A stretch of 64,000 bases of DNA from Deltaproteobacteria bacterium. Its GTDB lineage: Bacteria; Desulfobacterota; GWC2-55-46. The position numbers were made by a program, and so were the translations under genes. Location: positions 24,438 to 88,437 of the forward strand of contig JACRNO010000023.1 in assembly GCA_016234855.1 (NCBI GenBank), in the 5' to 3' direction. Every line of letters starts with the position of its first letter. The first letter of the stretch is position 1. Below, piece by piece: positions 10,334-17,655 of the stretch. The notes under the pieces were generated by a model. That model saw only the letters and a program-made list of their open reading frames with translations. It was not told the origin of the DNA and searched no databases.

Positions 10334-10946
10334 TAAGCTGCATCCTCCTGAAGTCTTCTTCCTTAAGCCCGGCGCCCAATACCACCTGCAGGGCCCTGGC
10401 GTCGCTGATAAGGTCGCCCGGCGCATGCGCGTCGGTATTTATAACCATACCGACGCCGTGCCGAAGCGCGGCGGCCGCCACATGCCCGTTCGAGATGCTG
10501 TGTCCTCCCCTTGCGGTTATCTCGAAAAAGACGGATTTTTTGCGAGCGAGGACGCATTCGGCGTCCGTTACAAGGCCCGGATGCGCGAGTATGTCGGCCC
10601 CGGCCTTTATATACGCCGCATTCGTGCCCGGCTCTACCGGCTCGGCAAGTGTCTCGCCGTGGCCGATGACGACCTTCGCGCCGAGCGCGCGCGCGCGTTT
10701 GACAAGGGCCGGTATGCGCCCCGGCGGTATGTGGGTAAGCTCCACTCCGGCAACCGCAATGATGGGGCCGCGCCTGTAAAGGGCGCAGACCTTCGCAAGC
10801 GATTCTACGAGCGCGTCGATGTTGGATTCATCGGCGTGGTCGGTTATCGCCATTGACGTATAACCGGCGACCGCGGCCCTGCGGATGAGTTCGGAGGGTA
10901 TGAGGACGCCGTCGCTGTGTATGCTGTGGGTATGGCAGTCTATCAT
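10299..10946 (-). CDS. PHP-domain metal-dependent phosphoesterase (histidinol-phosphatase/TrpH-like)
   Basis: 215 aa. Reads MIDCHTHSIHSDGVL...AITDHAD...INTDAHAPGDL, the PHP-domain histidine/aspartate motifs. Confidence 0.75.
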   Translation of the reverse strand: MIDCHTHSIHSDGVLIPSELIRRAAVAGYTSMAITDHADESNIDALVESLAKVCALYRRGPIIAVAGVELTHIPPGRIPALVKRARALGAKVVIGHGETLAEPVEPGTNAAYIKAGADILAHPGLVTDAECVLARKKSVFFEITARGGHSISNGHVAAAALRHGVGMVINTDAHAPGDLISDARALQVVLGAGLKEEDFRRMQLNAKALLGKPAR

Positions 10947-11026
10947 GGCGGTTAGCAGGCTGTTGTTTGGCAGTTCGCCAAAGGCGAACCTTTAAATGGA
11001 AACTACCTTACCAACAAGAGCGTAGA

Positions 11027-11245
11027 TCTTCAAAAGTCCATCTGCTTCGTTGTCCGACCCGCGCCGCTTGGCGTGGGTGCCCCGGCTCGTCACTGCGGCG
11101 TATGGACAATCTTCCCGTTGCAATGCCAGCCTTCGGCTGGCATTGCAACGGGAGCCCAGCCTCATTACTCGCTCCTCGATGCCTTCGGGGCACCCATCCG
11201 AAGGATGGGTCAGGAGCTTTTGCAGACTTTGTCTGCTGGTAATGA
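11027..11245. repeat. Composite MITE-like palindromic element, family C copy 1; contains a nested perfect 18-bp stem hairpin (about 11114-11152, cccgttgcaatgccagcc-ttcg-ggctggcattgcaacggg)
   Basis: tcaaaagtccatctgcttcgttgtccgacccgcgccgcttggcgtgggtgccccggctcgtcactgcggcgt closely matches 20409-20480. A second shared block ctcattactcgctcctcgatgcc matches ctcattcctcactcctcgacgcc at about 20490. Confidence 0.6.
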
Positions 11246-11262
11246 AGTTGTTCATTTATATT

Positions 11263-11338
11263 GCTCGCCCAGCACCACTTTTCAGCACAAACTTTTGTCG
11301 TCTTGCAAACGCATGAGGTAAAGTGGTGCTGGGCGAGC
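11263..11338. repeat. Family A hairpin element copy 1 (perfect 19-bp stem gctcgcccagcaccacttt/aaagtggtgctgggcgagc with a 37-nt conserved loop)
   Basis: Read directly from the sequence. The paralogous copy at 14085-14152 has about 75 percent identical loop sequence (ttgcaaacRcatgag core). Confidence 0.7.
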
Positions 11339-11416
11339 GGCCAGAGAACAGCCTGAACGGACCGGTCTGTGCTACAGACCGGCAGCCCACCCTTGTACAT
11401 GCACTGGAGAATCTAA

Positions 11417-12976
11417 TTACGCGGACACGTAATCCTCTTTTATCAGCGTGCTGAAGAGCGAGTAGAATATCTCGAAAATCATCTCGGCGTCCATCTTGAA
11501 TATCGGTTCGTCGAGCTTGAGGTTGAAGGCCTTTTTGTACTTGAGATTGAAGGTCTGGCGCACCCCTGTGACGTCTTCGCCGGCGCTCTCGGCGAAGACG
11601 TGGACCACGGGCACGCGCTTGTTGACGAGTATGTCCTGCTTGGCGGCGACGAGTTCTTTTATATCTTTGCCGCCTTCCTCGTCCCAGAGCAGTATCAAGC
11701 CGATAAGGTTGGACGAGAAGGCCTTCCACAGCGGCCCCATGTGCTTTATGGACGGTATGGCGAAGATGTTGATCTCCATGCCGCCGTAGAGTTTGAGCGT
11801 GGCGACGAGACCGAGCGGGTTCTCCTTCGCGTTGGAGACGTAAGAGGATTTGTAACTCACCGTAAACCCGGGTATGCGCCTGCAGAACTCGACAAAGGTA
11901 CCTATCAGGGGCCCGGACGTGGCGATGAGGAAAACCTTCCCGGCGCTCAGGCTGTGTGGGTCCGAGAAACGGCTTATTATCTTCTCCCTTATGCTGATGG
12001 CCTGGTCGTTGGTAAGGAACTCGACCGTCTCGCTGACGGCGTCTCCGGCCTTTGCGCGCACCTCTTCGAGGATGCCCTTGGCGAGCATGCCCGCGATGGT
12101 CTTGTAGACCTCGTAGTCGGTATACGTCGCATTTTCAACGACGTCCTCGACGCGCTGGTATGTCTTTAACAGTTCGATAATCTCGTATATGATGGGTTGG
12201 AGTCCCTGCGGAAGCTGACCCTCTTCGACGCGCGCCCGGACCAGCGCCTTCTTGTCCGGGAATTCCTCCTGGCTCTTCTTGAACTCGTCAATCTGGCGCA
12301 TCCCCTCCATCAGGAGGTTGCCGGTGGACGTAGATATCTTCTTCGTGACGGCGATGGGCGACGGGATGAACTCGAACTTGCCCTCTGTCCACTGGAGAAG
12401 CCTGAACAGGGCCTTTTCCTTCTCAACGCCGCCGACTGCCGCGTTGTATATCTGCCCTTCTTTTATAAAGACGTTTCCGGCCGCGTCAGCGGAGGTTATC
12501 TTTAATACGCCCTCTTTCTTGTTCAGATGAAGGAACTGGAGTATGTCGGCCAGCGACATCTGGCGCAGCCTGCCTTCTATCTCTCCGCTGGCGAAGCCGC
12601 CGCTGTCCTTGACGGTAAGCGTGTGCTTTATCCTGCCGTGGAGCTCTTCCATGTTCAGCGGCCTTACAAGGAAGACGTCAATGCCGGAGCGGAAACCCTT
12701 TATGTCGACTATGGCGTCGGATATGAAGAGGAACGGGATCTTGGATGTATGAGGGTTGTTCCTGAGTATCTGGAAGAGGCGGTCGCCGTTGATGACCGGC
12801 AGGTCGGTATCGGCGACGATTATGGCCGGCGATTCGGCTATGGCCGCTTCAAGCGCGCGCCCGCCGTCCTTCGCCGTAGCGGTTTCGTAACCGAGGCTGT
12901 AGAGATAAGTGGCGAACGATTTTATCTCTTCGTCGTTCTTTAACGCCAGGAGTATCTTGTCTTTGTTGGCCATTCG
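11417..12976 (-). CDS. Response regulator receiver protein with DUF4388 domain and an uncharacterised C-terminal domain
   Basis: The ORF is open to 13024; the likely start is MANKDKILLALK. The receiver motifs are ...IIVADTDLPVINGDRLFQIL...KIPFLFIS. The DUF4388-like segment is MSLADILQFLHLNKKEGVLKI. About 250 C-terminal residues have no match I can recognise. Confidence 0.75.
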   Translation of the reverse strand, partial: RMANKDKILLALKNDEEIKSFATYLYSLGYETATAKDGGRALEAAIAESPAIIVADTDLPVINGDRLFQILRNNPHTSKIPFLFISDAIVDIKGFRSGIDVFLVRPLNMEELHGRIKHTLTVKDSGGFASGEIEGRLRQMSLADILQFLHLNKKEGVLKITSADAAGNVFIKEGQIYNAAVGGVEKEKALFRLLQWTEGKFEFIPSPIAVTKKISTSTGNLLMEGMRQIDEFKKSQEEFPDKKALVRARVEEGQLPQGLQPIIYEIIELLKTYQRVEDVVENATYTDYEVYKTIAGMLAKGILEEVRAKAGDAVSETVEFLTNDQAISIREKIISRFSDPHSLSAGKVFLIATSGPLIGTFVEFCRRIPGFTVSYKSSYVSNAKENPLGLVATLKLYGGMEINIFAIPSIKHMGPLWKAFSSNLIGLILLWDEEGGKDIKELVAAKQDILVNKRVPVVHVFAESAGEDVTGVRQTFNLKYKKAFNLKLDEPIFKMDAEMIFEIFYSLFSTLIKEDYVSA

Positions 12977-13060
12977 TTCCCCGTCCTTCGCTCCGGGAGG
13001 GCTGGTTGCATCCCCCGGAGTCATAGCTTCAACAGCGCCCCCTCTTGAGAAGGCCGCGGG

Positions 13061-14053
13061 TTATAACTGCTCTTGCAAGGAATACTCAAGCTGAAACTTG
13101 TTGATAAGTCCGTCCACGAGATACGGGTCCGCGGAATGAAAACACGAAAAGGTGGCCCCCCAGTTTTCGCGGCAGATGAGCGAGTAGCCGGAGTCCTCGG
13201 TAAGGTAGAACGTAAAGAAGGTTTCGCGCAGCCTCGGGTCGTCGAGGAACAAGGGCGTTGCGTTCTTTATGTCGCGCAGGCTGTCCTCGCTCTGTCCGAT
13301 GAGAAAGACCTTCGTGCTCAAGGTGCCGATGTGCCCGAGGGTGTTGAGCGCCGGCAGGGCCGACAGCTTCTTGGAGGCGAAGAAGGCTATCCCCCTCTTG
13401 TGCGGCGCCTGCGTTATCTCCCTGACGATGAGCTCGTTTATCTGGTCTATGAAGGACTCCGAGAGCGTCTGACCGCCTCCAAGGTCGAAAGACGAGTTCT
13501 CGAACCCCTTGTAGGTGGTGCTGGACATGTCGCCGAGGATTTCCCAGAAGAGCTTGTTCCTGAACTCCTCCTTTTCCCAGAACGAATCCTTCTTGTCAAT
13601 CATCCTCTTGGAGGCCGTCGATATAAGCGCGCCGTAACCCTTTCCGTCCTTGGGGAAGGTCGCCTGAGACATGACCACCTTTTTGGGCGGATTTTCATAG
13701 GTAAGCGTGGACGAGAGCGCCTTCGTTATCTTCCTGATTGCAATGAGTGCGCCGAAGTAGTCGGTCTCCGGCAGGATGATGGCCACCTGCCTGTCGTCGG
13801 CCATGCCGGCCACGTCGCACGGGCGTATGGCATCGAGTATGGAATTGCTTATCTTCTTGACGAAGCCGGCGGCCTCGTCGTCGCGCAGAGGCGAATCCAT
13901 GCCGTCTATATTCATGAGAAGGATGGAGAATTGCGTGCTGTACCGGGCGGCGCGCATGGATTCTATCTTGCCGTATTCGCTTACGAAAAAGGTGTCGTAG
14001 AGCCTGCCCGGAACGGTCTTCTTGTGGCCGTGTGATTTGGAGTCGGTAGCCAT
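13061..14053 (-). CDS. Degenerate GGDEF-like domain protein (GGDEF motif replaced by MADDRQ) with unknown C-terminal domain
   Basis: The track ORF 13061-14206 reads through repeat A2. The real start is likely MATDSKSHG at 14053, with a GAGGGA RBS. ARYSTQFSILLMNIDGMD...CDVAGMADDRQVAIILPETD resembles a GGDEF fold lacking the catalytic signature. Confidence 0.5.
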   Translation of the reverse strand: MATDSKSHGHKKTVPGRLYDTFFVSEYGKIESMRAARYSTQFSILLMNIDGMDSPLRDDEAAGFVKKISNSILDAIRPCDVAGMADDRQVAIILPETDYFGALIAIRKITKALSSTLTYENPPKKVVMSQATFPKDGKGYGALISTASKRMIDKKDSFWEKEEFRNKLFWEILGDMSSTTYKGFENSSFDLGGGQTLSESFIDQINELIVREITQAPHKRGIAFFASKKLSALPALNTLGHIGTLSTKVFLIGQSEDSLRDIKNATPLFLDDPRLRETFFTFYLTEDSGYSLICRENWGATFSCFHSADPYLVDGLINKFQLEYSLQEQL

Positions 14054-14084
14054 CGGTGATATCCCTCGGTTAATGACTTGTTGT

Positions 14085-14152
14085 GCCCAGCACCACTTTC
14101 CGGCACGAACCTTCGTTACCTTGCAAACACATGAGACGAAAGTGGTGCTGGG
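14085..14152. repeat. Family A hairpin element copy 2 (15-bp stem cccagcaccactttc/gaaagtggtgctggg, 38-nt loop)
   Basis: Direct-orientation paralogue of 11263-11338. It lies about 30 nt upstream of the GGDEF-like gene start. Confidence 0.7.
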
Positions 14153-14153
14153 T

Positions 14154-14651
14154 CTACATCTTGTACTTTCCGAAGCTGCCCTGTGAAAATTCATCAAGGG
14201 TCTCAAGCAGGCCCTTGTCGGACGCCTCTTTTCTGTCGGCGCCGGCGCGCATGTCGATATCTTTTGACTTGTCTATAACCATGCTCTCCACGAATATCGG
14301 GACATCGGCGCGAAGCGCCAGCGCGATAGCATCGCTCGGTCTGGCGTCGATTGCTATCATGCCTGAGCCGGTTGCGAGATGTATGACGGCATAGTAGATA
14401 TTCTCGCGCAGGTCTGAGACCTCCACCCTTGTAACGGTGGCGCCTACAGCCCGCAAGGTCTCGCGCAGCAGGTCATGCGTCATGGGCCTGGTAAAATGCA
14501 CCTTCTCCATCTCCGAGGCTATCGCGCTCGCCTCAAGCACGCCAATGCAAACCGGCAGGACGTTTTTTTCAGTCGGGTCCTTGAGTATGATAACCGGGAC
14601 GTTTGTGTACGGGTCCATGGTAATGGCGAAGACCTTCATCTCGATATACAT
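14154..14651 (-). CDS. Bifunctional nuclease family protein (BFN/DUF151)
   Basis: Start MYIEMKVFAITMDPYTNVPVIILKD at 14651 is preceded by an AAAGGAG RBS. ...ARPSDAIALALRADVPIFV... is a typical BFN core. Confidence 0.7.
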   Translation of the reverse strand: MYIEMKVFAITMDPYTNVPVIILKDPTEKNVLPVCIGVLEASAIASEMEKVHFTRPMTHDLLRETLRAVGATVTRVEVSDLRENIYYAVIHLATGSGMIAIDARPSDAIALALRADVPIFVESMVIDKSKDIDMRAGADRKEASDKGLLETLDEFSQGSFGKYKM

Positions 14652-14835
14652 AAGGGCTCCTTTTGATTGCCGGTTGGGGGGCTTACCCAAACCGGTGCGT
14701 CAGATAAGGCTAAGGCCGTTGCCGGGCATCGGTTCTCTATGGGCCCTGTGTTCGTCCGCGCCGTGAACCTCTCGGTTGTGCAAGAGATTTGTCTAATGTA
14801 ATCCCTTTTAAGCGAAATTACAAGGGTTACATCCC

Positions 14836-16212
14836 TTAAGCTACCGTTGCCTGACCCTGCGCCGCATGAGCGATGAACTCGCCGCGCAGCGAGTTCTGAT
14901 GTGCGGCGGTTATGATGACCCTCACCTCGGACCCGGTAGAGAGACCCTCTTCGCAATGGAAATGGACTATCCTGCCGCACGACGTCCTGCCTGAGATCTT
15001 CCGCTCCGCGCCGGGCCTGGCGCCTCTGTCCTCGACCATGACTTCCTGGATGCTTCCTTCGAGGGCGCGGTTTCCGGCAAGGGTTATCTCTCTTTGGGTC
15101 TCCAGGATGGTCTGTAACCTGAACGCCTTGATCTCAGCCGGGACCTGTCCGGCGTAGCCCGCCGCCTCGGTCCCGGGACGCGGAGAGTAGATGAATGCAA
15201 AGACGTTATCGAAGCGCGCTTCGTTGATTAGCAGCATCGTTGCCTCGAAGTCGGCATCCGTCTCGCCGGGAAAACCGACTATGATATCCGAGGTCAGCGA
15301 GATGTCCGGGTAACGCTGCCTGATGCGCCGTGTTTTTTCGAGATATTGCGCGGCCGTATACCCGCGCCGCATCATTTTCAATATCGAATCCGAGCCTGAT
15401 TGGACCGGCAGGTGCAAGTGCCGGCACAGAACCGGGGTCTGTTGGAAGACGTCTATAAGCTCGCCGGAGATATCCTTGGGGTGCGAGGTCATGAAGCGCA
15501 CCCGCCTGATTCCGTCCGTAGCAGCCGTCATGCGAAGAAGCTCGGGGAACGATACGTCAGCGCCGGAGCCTCGGCCGTAGGAGTTGACGTTTTGCCCTAC
15601 GAGCGTGACTTCCTTTACACCGTCATTTACGAGGGCGGAGACCTCGCGCAGGATGTCGGAGCTCTTGCGGCTCGCTTCCGCGCCCCTTGTATAAGGCACT
15701 ATGCAGTAAGTGCAGAAGTTGTCGCACCCGCGCATGATGGCGACGAACGCCTTACCGCCGTCCGTCGCGTCGTTGTGCGCGTACTCGTTCGCGTCTATGG
15801 AACCCCTGAACTCCGTTACCGCAACGCGCCGCAGCGGCAACGGTCTTTCCAGTATCTCTTTGAGCCTGTGGACGTTTTGCGTGCCTATGACAAGGTCTAT
15901 GTACGGCGCCCTTTTGAAGAGAGCGGCGCCAAGCTGTTGAGCGACGCATCCGGCAACGGCTATTATAAGACCGGGACGCTCTTCTTTAAGCTCTTTGAAT
16001 CTGCCGAGGATTGAATAGAGCTTATGCTCGGCCTTGTCCCTTACGCTGCATGTATTTATTATGATGAGATCGGCCGCGTCAGGACGCTCCGTCGTCTTGA
16101 ACGCCATGTCTTTAAGCAGGCCCATCATGCGGCCGGTGTCGTTCTCGTTCATCTGACAGCCGAACGTCTCAAGGTAGACGTAACGACCGCGCTCCGTGCT
16201 CAAGGCAACCAT
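14836..16212 (-). CDS. miaB: tRNA-i6A37 methylthiotransferase MiaB (radical SAM)
   Basis: 458 aa. Reads YLETFGCQMNENDTGRM (N-terminal cluster), CDNFCTYCIVP (radical SAM CxxxCxxC) and a TRAM C-terminus. Confidence 0.9.
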   Translation of the reverse strand: MVALSTERGRYVYLETFGCQMNENDTGRMMGLLKDMAFKTTERPDAADLIIINTCSVRDKAEHKLYSILGRFKELKEERPGLIIAVAGCVAQQLGAALFKRAPYIDLVIGTQNVHRLKEILERPLPLRRVAVTEFRGSIDANEYAHNDATDGGKAFVAIMRGCDNFCTYCIVPYTRGAEASRKSSDILREVSALVNDGVKEVTLVGQNVNSYGRGSGADVSFPELLRMTAATDGIRRVRFMTSHPKDISGELIDVFQQTPVLCRHLHLPVQSGSDSILKMMRRGYTAAQYLEKTRRIRQRYPDISLTSDIIVGFPGETDADFEATMLLINEARFDNVFAFIYSPRPGTEAAGYAGQVPAEIKAFRLQTILETQREITLAGNRALEGSIQEVMVEDRGARPGAERKISGRTSCGRIVHFHCEEGLSTGSEVRVIITAAHQNSLRGEFIAHAAQGQATVA

Positions 16213-16389
16213 TCAAACATTCTAAGGTTTTTAACCGGATTTAGCAAGACTCTTTTAACCCGACGCCCTTCGAACGCGCCTGTGACAACGGATGAAAAAA
16301 ATAGCAGACCGGCAGGCATTCAGCCTGCCGGTCAATAGACGCGTCTACCTCATGGTGCGGCCTTTACGCGGGAAACCGTATAAGGAAGC

Positions 16390-17145
16390 CTACTTCGTAT
16401 GGCGCGCGACTTCGTTCCTGGACGGCCTTACGGCCCACGGCGTGTCTATCTTGAACTTGGCGCTTATCTCGCCTTCGACCTTTATGGCCTCGGCCTTGCT
16501 GCCGTAGAATCCTACCCTCACCCTGTTCCAGTTGATGCCGTCTTTCTTGAATTCGGTTACGTAGACGTTCTCATACCCGGCTTCGGTGAGTTTTTTGGCG
16601 AACTTCTCGGCCTCTTTTCTGTCGGAAAATGAGCCTGTATTTACCGCCCAGCGTTTCGTCAGCTCCTTCATCGCGCTCGTGGCGGCCTCGGCCTTTACAG
16701 GTGTTACGGCTGGCTCAGCCTTTGGCGCTGCGGCGGGCTTCTCAGGGGCCGCAACCGCTGTTGCCTGTTTCCCTGCCGGGGCCTTGGCTGCGGGCGGCTT
16801 TGCCTCAGGAGCGCCGTTGCCGGGTTTCATCATCGCGCCAAGCCCCTTTTCAGCCGGCTTTGCGCCGGGCTTCTTTGTCGCGCCGGCATCCTTCATTTCC
16901 GGCTTTGCGCCAGTGGCGCCAGGTGTGGCAGCCGGGGTCTCCACCTTTGCAGTTTCGACAGGCTTGGCCGCGTCCGGCGGCTGGATTGCGGCCTTTCTGG
17001 TCACGATAGGGCTAATTGAAGACGTGCCGCTCTTGTTCCCGCCAAAGGGCACAAAAACGACGATAAGGACTATAACGAGCGCTACGACGGCAACTGCGAG
17101 TATGATGGGTTTCTTTTTTTCCTCAAGCATATCTTTAATACTCAA
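16390..17145 (-). CDS. SPOR-domain cell-division/septal protein (DedD/FtsN-like), Ala/Pro/Lys-rich linker
   Basis: N-terminal TM helix, low-complexity AKPA repeats, and a C-terminal SPOR-like segment WAVNTGSFSDRKEAEKFAKKLTEAGYENVYVTEF...RVRVGFYGSKAEA. Confidence 0.7.
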   Translation of the reverse strand: MSIKDMLEEKKKPIILAVAVVALVIVLIVVFVPFGGNKSGTSSISPIVTRKAAIQPPDAAKPVETAKVETPAATPGATGAKPEMKDAGATKKPGAKPAEKGLGAMMKPGNGAPEAKPPAAKAPAGKQATAVAAPEKPAAAPKAEPAVTPVKAEAATSAMKELTKRWAVNTGSFSDRKEAEKFAKKLTEAGYENVYVTEFKKDGINWNRVRVGFYGSKAEAIKVEGEISAKFKIDTPWAVRPSRNEVARHTK

Positions 17146-17188
17146 TTTGACACCTCCATATGTTCTTCGTATTTGACTATCGCCGGTG

Positions 17189-17545
17189 TTATGAAAACAA
17201 GCAATTCTTCGTTCCCGGTCTTTGTAAAACTGTTTTTAAGGAGCGGTATGGCCTCGAAAAAATTGATATTCGCCTGTTGGGCAAGGCCCTGAGGGCGTCT
17301 AATATCCCGGCGTCCCTGACCTCGATGGTAAAGAGCCAGCCGTTGCCTGATACAAGCCCTGCGTTGACATCCAAATGCCTGTTTTTATCTTTCCATTGAA
17401 GTATAACATGAGTTTTTCCTATATCAACTATTTTTTGCCCGTCTATTACGCCGCCTTTATAGACAATGCATTCGTTGATTATGGCGGAGGTGAAGAACGG
17501 TTGGTGCGGCATTGAAAAGCCGTATATGGCCATTATAGCGGACAA
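17189..17545 (-). CDS. Hypothetical protein (possibly co-transcribed with the SPOR gene)
   Basis: 118-aa ORF with non-antisense composition. No motif recognised. Confidence 0.3.
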   Translation of the reverse strand: MSAIMAIYGFSMPHQPFFTSAIINECIVYKGGVIDGQKIVDIGKTHVILQWKDKNRHLDVNAGLVSGNGWLFTIEVRDAGILDALRALPNRRISIFSRPYRSLKTVLQRPGTKNCLFS

Positions 17546-17572
17546 TTATGAAAAAGGCGGATTATTGGCCTG

Positions 17573-17610
17573 TATAAAAAAAGGACGGGCCGAATCAACG
17601 GCCCGTCCTT
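17573..17610 (-). terminator. Rho-independent terminator after aclA
   Basis: On the minus strand, hairpin aggacgggcc-gttgattc-ggcccgtcct is followed by TTTTTTTAT; it sits directly 3' of the aclA stop. Confidence 0.7.
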
Positions 17611-17655
17611 GGATTGAAGAATGAAGCATGTTCGCAGATTAAACCCCTGTGCTGG

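Noticed and set aside
11008-11400. 130-aa minus ORF in the 10947-11416 intergenic region, and the N-terminal 51 residues of the 13061-14206 ORF.
   Set aside because: Both translate the family A/C repeat elements (CVCKTTKVCAEKWCWA versus CVCKVTKVRAGKWCWA). The similarity is at the DNA-repeat level, not a protein domain. The real start of the 13061 gene is MATDS at 14053.
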